Positions 10,414-19,052 of a stretch of DNA of 64,000 nucleotides are shown in pieces (position 1 is the stretch's first letter; each line of letters begins with the position of its first letter). The notes below the pieces were generated by a model that searched no databases, had not been told where the DNA came from, and saw only the letters and a list, made by a program, of their open reading frames with translations. The position numbers and the translations under genes are program-made. Location of the stretch: the sequence record OV032902.1; one strand, given 5' to 3'.

Positions 10414-10737
10414 ATGCGTAAATTTGCAAACGGAGAAGAGGTACAAGTATTCTCTGAAACTACTGGTAAGTGGGAAGATACTTTTGTCATGGAATACATT
10501 GGCGATTGTGATGTAACCGTCATGCCTAACATGAAAAAGATTTTCTATACTAACTGTTACAAGCTGGATTCCAGTTATCATCCGATAGCTAAGAAACACG
10601 GACAAGATTACGTTCTAGCTGAAGAGCAACATATCCGCCGTAAACCAAAGCATCCTACGGTAGTCGACTTTGACGAAATGATGCACAAACTTAAAAACCC
10701 TGATCTAATCGAAAAGCCAGAAGGAGAAATGGCATGA
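10414..10737 (+). CDS. Hypothetical protein, possible SH3/Tudor-like N-terminal barrel
   Basis: Start moved to ATG 10414 (AAGGA RBS); MRKFANGEEVQV...GKWEDTFV resembles common small phage proteins. Confidence 0.65.
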   Translation: MRKFANGEEVQVFSETTGKWEDTFVMEYIGDCDVTVMPNMKKIFYTNCYKLDSSYHPIAKKHGQDYVLAEEQHIRRKPKHPTVVDFDEMMHKLKNPDLIEKPEGEMA

Positions 10738-11606
10738 GTAACAACAAAGGTATTGGCGTACAATACAACAACATCAAAAAGACAGGCATTAGCCTAGAGA
10801 CGCACATCAATCTAGTATATGCGGTACTGGCTTTATTCATCGGTCTTTTCATGTTCGTTGTTTACGAAAACGTAAAGCTTACTCGTGAGGTTGACGAGCT
10901 GACTCAAATGCTAGATAACGCAGAAGGTAATCTAGTTGACTCAGAAGACAATGCCTTGGCGCTGACTCGTGAATTAACGATGATGACCAAGCATGTTAAG
11001 GACTTAGAAGAGAAACTAAATCCTGAACCATTCAAGCCTGAGTTGGGTCTGACTGATCTTCAGAATAAGTTGTGTCTTGCTATCACAGCTTTCACTGAAA
11101 CAAACGGTGAACCTACCTTGGCACGGGAGACCATGTCTTGGGCCATCATAAACAGAGCCATTGACCCTCGTGCGGCAGATGGCAAGAGTCGAGCTTACAA
11201 AAACAATACTTGTGCAGTAGGTGCGGCTAAGAACCAATACTCTGGTATGGGTCCATACATCGTAGATATTGAAGATGTAGTATGGGGTAACATTACATCC
11301 TTTACTCCTGCCCTGGCCAAAAAGAATGCAGAGGAAATGAAAGCATGGAAAGACATCTTGCGCATCTCTTCTGAAATCATTGATGGTAAACTAACCCGAA
11401 AGACCACAGCCACTCATTTCATCTCCTTCCGAGGAATGAAAGGCGCCAAGCGTCCATCGTGGGTAGATTACTTCATGCCTGTAGGTACGACTACTGAATC
11501 TGGCTTGCATACTCTTTACCGTGATTATGGTTATGATCGCACAACAGGTGAGATAGTTTACTTTACTAAGGCTACTCCATATAACCCTAACAAACATCGT
11601 TACTAG
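10734..11606 (+). CDS. Membrane-anchored SleB/Hydrolase_2-like cell wall hydrolase
   Basis: N-terminal TM helix (LVYAVLALFIGLFMFVVY), coiled coil, then CLAITAFTETNGE...AIINRA...NQYS...ATHF, the Hydrolase_2 pattern with a catalytic Glu. Confidence 0.7.
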   Translation: MSNNKGIGVQYNNIKKTGISLETHINLVYAVLALFIGLFMFVVYENVKLTREVDELTQMLDNAEGNLVDSEDNALALTRELTMMTKHVKDLEEKLNPEPFKPELGLTDLQNKLCLAITAFTETNGEPTLARETMSWAIINRAIDPRAADGKSRAYKNNTCAVGAAKNQYSGMGPYIVDIEDVVWGNITSFTPALAKKNAEEMKAWKDILRISSEIIDGKLTRKTTATHFISFRGMKGAKRPSWVDYFMPVGTTTESGLHTLYRDYGYDRTTGEIVYFTKATPYNPNKHRY

Positions 11607-11614
11607 GAGGTAAC

Positions 11615-12034
11615 ATGAATTTTCTAATGGGCGAATATATTCTAGAGGTTTACGTGGTAGCATATTTCTTGTGCTACTTTGCATTCCTTCTTACTAACCT
11701 TCCACCAAAAGGAACAATGGGTACAAAACAAATGAAGAGACTTTGGTTCGAAGGTCAACTAATGCTTATGCTTCTACCTATGTTTGTAGGCGGCATCGCA
11801 TATGGACTGGCTTTCGGATTCGGTGCACGGGAAGGTTCAGCTAACTATCTGTTCTTTGTGTTCTCTAGTTGGTTCTTATCTACCATGGTATATAAGACGA
11901 TACGCAAGAAGTCCACAGAAACGCCAGGTCAGAAGTTCTTCTCAACCGCTGTAGAAAAGTATCATAGCGTAATAGGTCCGGTGTTGTTTACCTTCTTCTT
12001 GTATGGTATCTGGATCTATCATCCTGCGGTTTAA
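11615..12034 (+). CDS. Multi-pass membrane protein (about 4 TM helices)
   Basis: GGAGG RBS; four hydrophobic segments in 139 aa. Confidence 0.75.
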   Translation: MNFLMGEYILEVYVVAYFLCYFAFLLTNLPPKGTMGTKQMKRLWFEGQLMLMLLPMFVGGIAYGLAFGFGAREGSANYLFFVFSSWFLSTMVYKTIRKKSTETPGQKFFSTAVEKYHSVIGPVLFTFFLYGIWIYHPAV

Positions 12035-12035
12035 A

Positions 12036-12074
12036 TGAATCTGAAAGATATTTCATCTCTATATAACCTATATG
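12036..12074 (+). promoter_or_regulatory. Early promoter, copy 2
   Basis: TGAATCTGAAAGATATTTCATCTCTATATAACCTATATG, nearly identical to the copy at 27275. Confidence 0.75.
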
Positions 12075-12110
12075 GATGTGATACAATAAACATCTATACC
12101 ACTGCTTTTA

Positions 12111-12146
12111 GCCTCCACAGCCTTCGGGTTGTGGAGGTATCTTTTT
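12111..12146 (+). terminator. Terminator-like hairpin downstream of early promoter 2
   Basis: GCCTCCACAGCC-TTCG-GGTTGTGGAGGT followed by ATCTTTTT. Confidence 0.7.
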
Positions 12147-12177
12147 CTAACACAACTTAAAATTTTGGAGTTTTGCT

Positions 12178-12306
12178 ATGCGTCTTACTAACGGTCAAGT
12201 TCTTGTTATGGGTATTCTTTCTCTTGTTCTATTCTTTACAGTAGGTCAAGATAACACTGAAGCTTACAACAATCACGTAATGGAAACAACAACTCATCAA
12301 GAGTAA
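12178..12306 (+). CDS. Small membrane peptide (42 aa), not in the ORF track
   Basis: GGAG RBS; MRLTNGQVLVMGILSLVLFFTVGQDNTEAYNNHVMETTTHQE; strongly biased codons. Confidence 0.7.
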   Translation: MRLTNGQVLVMGILSLVLFFTVGQDNTEAYNNHVMETTTHQE

Positions 12307-12373
12307 TATTATCAAAAGGCTTTTCGCAGAGCCTTTGAATAATCTTACTATCTAAAACAAAAGGAAACTTATT

Positions 12374-12637
12374 ATGTTCTATACTGCTAAACAATGGTGT
12401 GCTGCTAAACGTCTTGGTACTTTCATGGGCTTTGTTGGTTACACTGTACACATGTTCCTAACTTGGTTAGAGAACCCTGTATCTTGGATCATCCTTGGTC
12501 TTAACGTAATCGCTGGTCCTGAAGCGGTTGTAGCTTGTATCGTAACTTGGGTTGTTATCGATGTAGTTATGTCTGCTATCGTAAACCTTGTAGCGTTTTT
12601 CTGTAACGACAACCGCATGATTGCGGATGCCGCTTAA
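12374..12637 (+). CDS. Small hydrophobic membrane protein
   Basis: AAGGA RBS; 87 aa, mostly hydrophobic; contains NPVSW. Confidence 0.75.
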   Translation: MFYTAKQWCAAKRLGTFMGFVGYTVHMFLTWLENPVSWIILGLNVIAGPEAVVACIVTWVVIDVVMSAIVNLVAFFCNDNRMIADAA

Positions 12638-12678
12638 TCTTTACTATCTTAATCTAAATCTAATTCGGAGTATTTCTC

Positions 12679-13017
12679 ATGTTTAAACTATTTACTGATA
12701 TCAAACAAAAAGTAACTAACTTCTTCAACGGTGCTTACCTTGCACTTAAATCTGCATTCGCTTCAGAAAACAAAGCTGATGCTGCGATGTCTTATGCTGT
12801 TAACGCTAAAGACATGCCACTTGATGCAGCTACTCGTGCTGGTATCAAGTTCGGTGGTGTTCTTGGCTTCAACGTAACTCACCCACTACAACTATCTGTA
12901 CTTGGTATTTACTTTGTAGCTGAAGCTTTCTTCGGTGCTGGCCTTGTTGCGGCACTATGTGGCGTAGTAATTATTCCTGTAGTTACTGCTACTCTATGTG
13001 CAATCTTCCTTGACTAA
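12679..13017 (+). CDS. MFKLF-family protein with hydrophobic C-terminus
   Basis: GGAG RBS; N-terminus MFKLFTDIKQKVTNFF shared with neighbours. Confidence 0.75.
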   Translation: MFKLFTDIKQKVTNFFNGAYLALKSAFASENKADAAMSYAVNAKDMPLDAATRAGIKFGGVLGFNVTHPLQLSVLGIYFVAEAFFGAGLVAALCGVVIIPVVTATLCAIFLD

Positions 13018-13029
13018 TTCGGAGGTCAT

Positions 13030-13554
13030 ATGTTTAATTGGTTCAAAAATAAAATCATGGCTGCCGCTAAGGCAGTCAAGGAGTTTTTCACTGAAGGTAA
13101 GTTTCTAGTGAAAGCGCCTAAGGTTATTCGCAATAACGTTTCGCCACTAGGTGGTTGGAAATGGTCACCTGAGTTAGATGAATATCTGACTCGTATCGAA
13201 GACACATACCTGGGCATGAACGAAGGTACTGTTGAGCTTCTAATTCAAGAGTTGCCTGGCGTGTTCGCAATGAAGTCAATCTCTAACCACCGTGGTATGC
13301 GCGTAGTTAAGCAATTCATCATTAATCAGCTAAAGCAGCTGGTAGCTGGTGATAAAGAGAAAACGTCTTATCTTAACAAAATGGAACAGTTTATCCCTAA
13401 CAAGGAAACTGGTCCTATGCCTGAATCACAAAAAGAAATCTCATACGGCATGGCTCGTGTGATCTGTCTATATTTCAACGAAGTACCTGCTCCTATGTTT
13501 TCTAACAATAAGGGGGCTAAGGTATTTAGTCTTCTTAAAGCAATGGAGCAATAA
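13030..13554 (+). CDS. MFKLF-family hypothetical protein
   Basis: GGAGG RBS; MFNWFKNKIMAAAKAVKEFF amphipathic N-terminus. Confidence 0.75.
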   Translation: MFNWFKNKIMAAAKAVKEFFTEGKFLVKAPKVIRNNVSPLGGWKWSPELDEYLTRIEDTYLGMNEGTVELLIQELPGVFAMKSISNHRGMRVVKQFIINQLKQLVAGDKEKTSYLNKMEQFIPNKETGPMPESQKEISYGMARVICLYFNEVPAPMFSNNKGAKVFSLLKAMEQ

Positions 13555-13556
13555 TT

Positions 13557-13994
13557 ATGTTTAAACTGTTTAAGAAAATCATCAAGTCAGTTGTTGACTT
13601 TGTTAAATCTATCTTCTCTAAAGAAGAAAAGAAACAAGAAGTAATTAAAACCAAGGAAGAAAAACTTGGCGAACTATTTGACAAGAGCGTTCGCGGTAAT
13701 GCTATTACTGAAAAAGATGTAGAACTAATCACTGCTGATACTCCAGCAGAAGCTATCTATATCGTAGATCATTTCACTGGTAGCCCAATGTTTCCGCAAG
13801 AAGGTCGCGTCATCTACTATTTCTTTGGTCAGTTTTGTGAAAACGAAACAGTTGACGAAAAACTTCAGCAGGCGATTCTTGATGTCGTTTTGAAGTTTGG
13901 TCCAAAGATCATAGAAACAAAAGGTATCTGTATTGGCGCGCGCGCTTCTTTTGCCGCGATAATTAAACGTTATGAAGAAAACAAGGACAAATAA
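13557..13994 (+). CDS. MFKLF-family protein, paralog of 16205-16627
   Basis: Shares LF..SV.GN.I.E.DV.L...DT and F.EN.TVD..L...L.V.LK with 16205-16627. Confidence 0.8.
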   Translation: MFKLFKKIIKSVVDFVKSIFSKEEKKQEVIKTKEEKLGELFDKSVRGNAITEKDVELITADTPAEAIYIVDHFTGSPMFPQEGRVIYYFFGQFCENETVDEKLQQAILDVVLKFGPKIIETKGICIGARASFAAIIKRYEENKDK

Positions 13995-14860
13995 TGAATA
14001 CTAACAAAATCACAAACGAAATTAACAACATCGTAATTTTTACGAGAAAGAACGATGCTTTCATTTCACGCAATGCTATGGCCGATGCGACAGGCATTAA
14101 TGGCACTATTGCTTCCATGGCCGTTGGTGCCGGTAGTGTACTTGGTGCACTTCTTCCGGTAGCTGTCGTTGACTTTTTCATCGACATGGCAAAGGAAACT
14201 GGCGTCGATGGCGCTGCTGTAGTGACAACTGCTTTATCTGAAATATGCGAATCAATCGGTCTCGAATATAAAGATAGCTTAGTTGCCTTGGTACTAGGCG
14301 GCGCTATTGCTGGCATCGCTGGTGCTGGCTTGGGTTGGTTAGTCAAACAACTTATTGATTGGGGCGTTAAACGCATTCAATCAAAGAAGATAGAAGCCAA
14401 GTTCGAGATGTTTAAAAACGCAAATGCCGGTTTACAATCTACGGCCATTATGATTGCAGAGCGCGAAGAGTTAACCGATTACGACGTATTTTGTCTACTG
14501 GAACAATTGGAAAACTTCATGTCTATTTTTGGTGTGAGCTTTGATGACTTAAATAAACTAGTTAAGCGAGTTAACGAAATAAAGTTTGTTGAGTGTCAAG
14601 AGGAAATCATCGAAGAAAGCATTGATCTTCACGCTAACCTGCTCAACGAAGCACTAGACGTAGAACTAAAGTCGATCCCAGACGAATACGTTTCTTCTGA
14701 TCTAGATGAGACATATTTGCTGTTGTCTGAAATGGGCATCTCCTTGGATAACTGGCTTCATCTACTAGATGTAGAAAATCTATGTAAGAAACCACAAAAT
14801 GAAATGAATAATTTCATGCTTAAATATAAACAGGAAATAAAGAAAAATGCAATTGCGTAA
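13994..14860 (+). CDS. Glycine-zipper/hydrophobic-hairpin helical protein, paralog of 16695-17552
   Basis: MAVGAGSVLGALLP and LVLGGAIAGIAGAGLGWLVK segments; aligns along its length with 16695-17552. Confidence 0.8.
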   Translation: MNTNKITNEINNIVIFTRKNDAFISRNAMADATGINGTIASMAVGAGSVLGALLPVAVVDFFIDMAKETGVDGAAVVTTALSEICESIGLEYKDSLVALVLGGAIAGIAGAGLGWLVKQLIDWGVKRIQSKKIEAKFEMFKNANAGLQSTAIMIAEREELTDYDVFCLLEQLENFMSIFGVSFDDLNKLVKRVNEIKFVECQEEIIEESIDLHANLLNEALDVELKSIPDEYVSSDLDETYLLLSEMGISLDNWLHLLDVENLCKKPQNEMNNFMLKYKQEIKKNAIA

Positions 14861-15131
14861 TCCGTTTCTAAATATCATTGCAGATCTATTGGTTGGCGAT
14901 GAATTAGAAAAGCAACGACTCCATGCTAAAAGGTCGATTAAGGCCATTGTTTCTCTCTGTAAGTCAAATAGGTTCCGATTGACCGATGACCTACGAGAAG
15001 CCATCGAGGGAGTTTTTGATATAAATCCAACAGCGACACTGTCCTTTGAAGTCCACATGCGAAACCAAAATGGCGATGATATGAAAACAGCCATCGTTGA
15101 CAGTATAGCTATTTTTGTTAAAGATGAGTAA
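14847..15131 (+). CDS. Hypothetical protein
   Basis: 94-aa ORF overlapping the upstream stop and filling the operon gap. Confidence 0.6.
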   Translation: MQLRNPFLNIIADLLVGDELEKQRLHAKRSIKAIVSLCKSNRFRLTDDLREAIEGVFDINPTATLSFEVHMRNQNGDDMKTAIVDSIAIFVKDE

Positions 15132-15186
15132 ACCCCAATGGGTGTTTACTAAGCATCCATGAGAATTTATTTAAAGAGAGTAACTT

Positions 15187-15756
15187 ATGTTTAAACTATT
15201 CAAACGCATCAAAGATGCAATCGTAAACTTCGTATCTTCTATCTTCGGTAAGAAAGAAGAAGCTAAACAAGAAACTGTTCAAGAAGAAACTGTATCTCCT
15301 GAAGTACAGCAGTCTATTGAAGAGTTCGAGTCTAAAGTAGATCTTCCTGAGAAAAGCAACAACGGTCTTGATTACGTAGCTAAAGAGTTCCGTCATTACC
15401 TAGGTCGTCATGCTACTCATGATATCCGTAACATCGAAGACATCCAACGTGTATGGTTTGCACGTGGTGTTAAGATCGAACAGGTTAAGAAGCGCATGCT
15501 TGGTCTACGTAACGTGTTCAATATGAAAGTAATCGAGTCATTGACTACAGGTGCTGAAGAGTGTCTAGGTCGTGACGGTATCGATACTATCGAGAAGCAC
15601 GCAATGTCTATCGAGACTGGTTACCGCAAAGCTCTTAAGAACCTACTTAAGAACTCTGTGAAACACATGCCATCTTACTTTGCTAAGAAGCATAAGAACC
15701 AGATCGCTAAGATCATCAACGACATCACGGCTACTAGCTATGTTCCGGCTAATTAA
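15187..15756 (+). CDS. MFKLF-family hypothetical protein
   Basis: MFKLFKRIKDAIVNFVSSIFGKKEE; GAG RBS; strong codon bias. Confidence 0.8.
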   Translation: MFKLFKRIKDAIVNFVSSIFGKKEEAKQETVQEETVSPEVQQSIEEFESKVDLPEKSNNGLDYVAKEFRHYLGRHATHDIRNIEDIQRVWFARGVKIEQVKKRMLGLRNVFNMKVIESLTTGAEECLGRDGIDTIEKHAMSIETGYRKALKNLLKNSVKHMPSYFAKKHKNQIAKIINDITATSYVPAN

Positions 15757-16195
15757 GAAATGGGTGCGTAAATTCAAGTTATGGCTGTGCGGTCCATCTG
15801 TGCCAGACAAACTTGATGCACCTCAGGTGAAACATCCTGACCCAGTCGAAACAGATGTTCTCGTTGTAGACAATCAATGTGCTCTTGATATCATAATGGT
15901 CATCAAGGCAGCTGGTGCGTTTATTACTGAAGTTAAGCATGTTGGCTTTTCTAAAGTATCACGCGGCTTGCGACTAAAGCTCATAGCGCTGCATAAAATG
16001 CTACTGCAAATAGACAGTGTAGATAGCGTAACGCGTCGATCGTCGACACGTCTGCATGAACTAATCGATGAGGTCATCGCATATGCGAAAGAGGAAACTA
16101 CTCCGATTAAACGCGAAGAGTTCTTCCGCTTTGCAGAGATGATGAAACTCAATATCCAAACTATCTTACGTAATCGCAACATCCCAATGGGATAA
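15740..16195 (+). CDS. MFKLF-like hypothetical protein
   Basis: Start moved to ATG 15740 overlapping the upstream stop, giving MFRLIKKWVRKFKLWL. Confidence 0.6.
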   Translation: MFRLIKKWVRKFKLWLCGPSVPDKLDAPQVKHPDPVETDVLVVDNQCALDIIMVIKAAGAFITEVKHVGFSKVSRGLRLKLIALHKMLLQIDSVDSVTRRSSTRLHELIDEVIAYAKEETTPIKREEFFRFAEMMKLNIQTILRNRNIPMG

Positions 16196-16204
16196 GGAAA
16201 CATA

Positions 16205-16627
16205 ATGTTTAAACTATTTGGTAAAATTAAAGACGCTGTTGTTGGCTTCTTTAAATCTGTTGTTGAATTTGTCTTTGGTAAGAAAGAAGATAAATCTGAA
16301 AAAGCTGAGCGTACTCTAGAGGACGTCTTCAAAGAAAGTGTAACTGGTAATCCAATTAAAGAGTCAGACGTGGCTCTTTTCCAAGTGGATACACTAGAAA
16401 CAGCCAAGAAAATCGTTTCGATGTTCGTTTCTATTACTGCACCTAAAGACGGAGAAGGTTGTGTTTGTTTGACCGAGCCTCTATTTGCAGAAAACAAAAC
16501 AGTAGACGGCTGTCTACGTATCATCTTCCTTGCAGTAATTCTTAAGTACCACGATGAATTGATTAAGGATGAGAAAACCAAACTTATCACTACTTATGTG
16601 ATGCGTCGCTATAAAGGTGAAGAGTAA
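16205..16627 (+). CDS. MFKLF-family protein, paralog of 13557-13994
   Basis: AAGGA RBS; MFKLFGKIKDAVVGFFKSVVEFVFGKKED. Confidence 0.8.
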   Translation: MFKLFGKIKDAVVGFFKSVVEFVFGKKEDKSEKAERTLEDVFKESVTGNPIKESDVALFQVDTLETAKKIVSMFVSITAPKDGEGCVCLTEPLFAENKTVDGCLRIIFLAVILKYHDELIKDEKTKLITTYVMRRYKGEE

Positions 16628-16694
16628 CGCACAAAGGACATCTTATGGTGTCCTTGATGAGTTATTCATCACGTAAACAAAAAAGGAAAAAATC

Positions 16695-17552
16695 ATGAAC
16701 ACTGAAATCAACAAAGTTTCTCTTGCTATTCAAGAAATTGTAAAGTACACAAACGTTAACCAATCCATCGTTGACCTTGGTATGAAGGAAGACGCTAAAG
16801 GACTAGGTGAATTTGGCGACGCAGCAGCCATGGGCATCGGTGGTCTTTTGGGTGCTCTGCTGCCTAGTTTCGTTTATGACTACTTTATGGAAATGGGTCA
16901 ACAGATAGGCGCAGCAGCAATCACGGAAGCTATCTCTAACTTTTGTGAGGAATTAGGTATCGATTATCTAGATGGCCTTTTTACAATTGTTATTGGCAGT
17001 GCATTGTCAGGCGTACTTGGCATGGTCGCGGGCTTTCTAATCAAACGAGGTATTGAGTGGTTAGTTAAGCGCCGTCAGAAAAAGCGCAACGAGAAACTAT
17101 GGGCCCATTATGCGGACTCGATTGACTCCCTGCATAAACAAGCTACTAGTATCTTACTGGCTGAAGAGATTACCGATTACTCTAGTTTTAAACTTATGAC
17201 TGATCTAGAGTTCTTCTTGGAATTATTCGGAGCCAAGTTTGACGATATGCATCGCTTTGCTAAGAAAGTACACGCGGCCAAATTTGTTAAAGGTCAGGAT
17301 GAGTTATTAGAAAGCGGTCTTGAAAAACATGCCGGTCTTCGTGAAGCGTTAGTTACTACGGAACTCAAACTAGTTCCTGATCATCTCGCACCAGAGGACT
17401 TAGAGGACGCATATAGCCTGATGGCGGATATGGGTTTTGGCACACCATTAGATTATTTAAAATATGGCGACGTTGATCGTCTGGCAGAAGAGCCAGTAGA
17501 AGAATTAACTCGCATCATGAAGAGATTAAAAGAGGAAGATTTAACATGGTAG
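16695..17552 (+). CDS. Glycine-zipper/hydrophobic-hairpin helical protein, paralog of 13994-14860
   Basis: MGIGGLLGALLP and IVIGSALSGVLGMVAGFLIKRGIEWLVKR segments; AAGGA RBS. Confidence 0.8.
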   Translation: MNTEINKVSLAIQEIVKYTNVNQSIVDLGMKEDAKGLGEFGDAAAMGIGGLLGALLPSFVYDYFMEMGQQIGAAAITEAISNFCEELGIDYLDGLFTIVIGSALSGVLGMVAGFLIKRGIEWLVKRRQKKRNEKLWAHYADSIDSLHKQATSILLAEEITDYSSFKLMTDLEFFLELFGAKFDDMHRFAKKVHAAKFVKGQDELLESGLEKHAGLREALVTTELKLVPDHLAPEDLEDAYSLMADMGFGTPLDYLKYGDVDRLAEEPVEELTRIMKRLKEEDLTW

Positions 17553-17884
17553 CATTATTAGCACTTGGCAGTAACCCAGTTGGATGGGGTCTACTTGGAG
17601 CCCTAGCAGTGGTAGAAGGAGTTCGCCAGGGTAAGAATATCTATGATGACCACAAGGAAAAGCAACGTCAAGAAAAATTCAATTCTTGGCTTTCTTTCCT
17701 TGAAGAAAAACAAAAAGTCGGTGAAATGGTACTGAAATGGCCAGACCGCAAAAACCTGGAACTATTGTTTGGATTAGAACCTGATCTAAATTTCGAGTAT
17801 GAACTAAAGCTTGGTCACGAGCATACTGGAAACTGGAGCAAGGCTCTAAAGTGGGTATTTAAGAAGTACCTGAAGGACGACTAA
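17546..17884 (+). CDS. Small protein with N-terminal hydrophobic SNPVGW segment
   Basis: GAGG RBS; overlaps upstream stop; MVALLALGSNPVGWGLLGALAVVEG. Confidence 0.7.
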   Translation: MVALLALGSNPVGWGLLGALAVVEGVRQGKNIYDDHKEKQRQEKFNSWLSFLEEKQKVGEMVLKWPDRKNLELLFGLEPDLNFEYELKLGHEHTGNWSKALKWVFKKYLKDD

Positions 17885-17966
17885 ATCCTTAAAGCTCATT
17901 CTCCGAGTGGGCTTTGTGGACTATGTCCATAACCTAACTTTAATCTATATACAAGGAATATTTCAA

Positions 17967-18068
17967 ATGGAAAATTTTGACCTAGTTGACTTCTGTGAAA
18001 ACAATGCGCCACAATTAGATGTGGACCTACCTAGCGTTGAAGAGCTAATCGCTGAATTTGACAGTTAA
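17967..18068 (+). CDS. Very acidic 33-aa peptide, not in the ORF track
   Basis: AAGGA RBS; MENFDLVDFCENNAPQLDVDLPSVEELIAEFDS (10 D/E, no K/R). Confidence 0.65.
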   Translation: MENFDLVDFCENNAPQLDVDLPSVEELIAEFDS

Positions 18069-18070
18069 AT

Positions 18071-18109
18071 TGAATTTGAAAAGATTTACACTTCTATATA
18101 ACTGATATG
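18071..18109 (+). promoter_or_regulatory. Early promoter, copy 3
   Basis: TGAATTTGAAAAGATTTACACTTCTATATAACTGATATG. Confidence 0.7.
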
Positions 18110-18184
18110 CATAGGATGAATTAATCATCCATTTAAACCAAACCCCTGGCAATAATGCCCCAATCCTAAATAAGGAATACTATT

Positions 18185-18949
18185 ATGAAAACTCGTCTAA
18201 CTTTCGCTATCGCTGCTGTTCTTGCTTCTACTTCTGCTTTCGCTGTAGACTTCTCAACTACTCACACTACTGGTACTACAACTACTTCGGTTGACATCAA
18301 CCAACAAGTAACTGGTAAAGTGAATGGTCTAGAATTCAACTACTCGCAAAACCGTGGTGCAGCAGCAGGTGGCGTGAACGGCAATAACTGTGTTGGCGCT
18401 GTTTGTGATGGCACTGGTAATGATACTCTATCTGTAGGTATCTCTATCGACGCTACTCAAACAATCACTAAGCTAGACCAACTAACTACCGGCCTGTCAG
18501 TAACTACTGCTGAAAACTGTGACGTAACTGTTGCTATCGGCGGTATCTCTAACAGCCAAGGTGTTCGTACTTCACACACTATCGGTGAAACTGAAACAGT
18601 TAACAACAACAAAACTTGGATCACTTCTGGTTCAATCGAAGTTGTTACTCAAACTGACGCAGGTTACACTGGTGGTCACTGGAGCCCATCTAAGCTAGGT
18701 AACGACTTCACTGTATCTATCGGTGGTCAAACTGTAAGCTCTGAAGGTGACGCAGTAAACGTTATGGCACTATCAACTGCACTACTTGGTGATCTAACTC
18801 AAGTAACAGTTGGCGGTCAAGATCTTGCACATGCAGACACTAACGCAATGTCTGTTAAGATCGAGTCTAGCAAAATCAAAGTTATCGATACTTCTGTATC
18901 TACAACTGAAACAGAATCTTCTTCTACTACTTGGTACGAAAACAACTAA
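18185..18949 (+). CDS. Secreted Thr/Gly-rich beta-structured protein
   Basis: Sec signal peptide MKTRLTFAIAAVLASTSAFA; long T/S-rich beta-like segments; strong codon bias; first gene after the promoter. Confidence 0.8.
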   Translation: MKTRLTFAIAAVLASTSAFAVDFSTTHTTGTTTTSVDINQQVTGKVNGLEFNYSQNRGAAAGGVNGNNCVGAVCDGTGNDTLSVGISIDATQTITKLDQLTTGLSVTTAENCDVTVAIGGISNSQGVRTSHTIGETETVNNNKTWITSGSIEVVTQTDAGYTGGHWSPSKLGNDFTVSIGGQTVSSEGDAVNVMALSTALLGDLTQVTVGGQDLAHADTNAMSVKIESSKIKVIDTSVSTTETESSSTTWYENN

Positions 18950-19052
18950 GTATTAGATTAAGATAAGTAAATACGTGTAAGCTGACGGAGGTACCTTAGG
19001 GTGCCTCCTGAAGTTGCACTTAATCCAATTTTTATTTTTAAGGAATTTTGTC

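Noticed and set aside
11615-12034. Four-TM protein as a holin
   Set aside because: It lies behind an early-type promoter, far from the GH19 lysin, with no holin-specific features; left as unknown membrane protein.
13963-14376. 137-aa minus-strand ORF in the membrane cluster
   Set aside because: Antisense to a gene supported by a full-length paralog.
15874-16590. 238-aa minus-strand ORF spanning two plus-strand genes
   Set aside because: Overlaps two members of the MFKLF family, one with a clear paralog; no RBS or recognisable motif.
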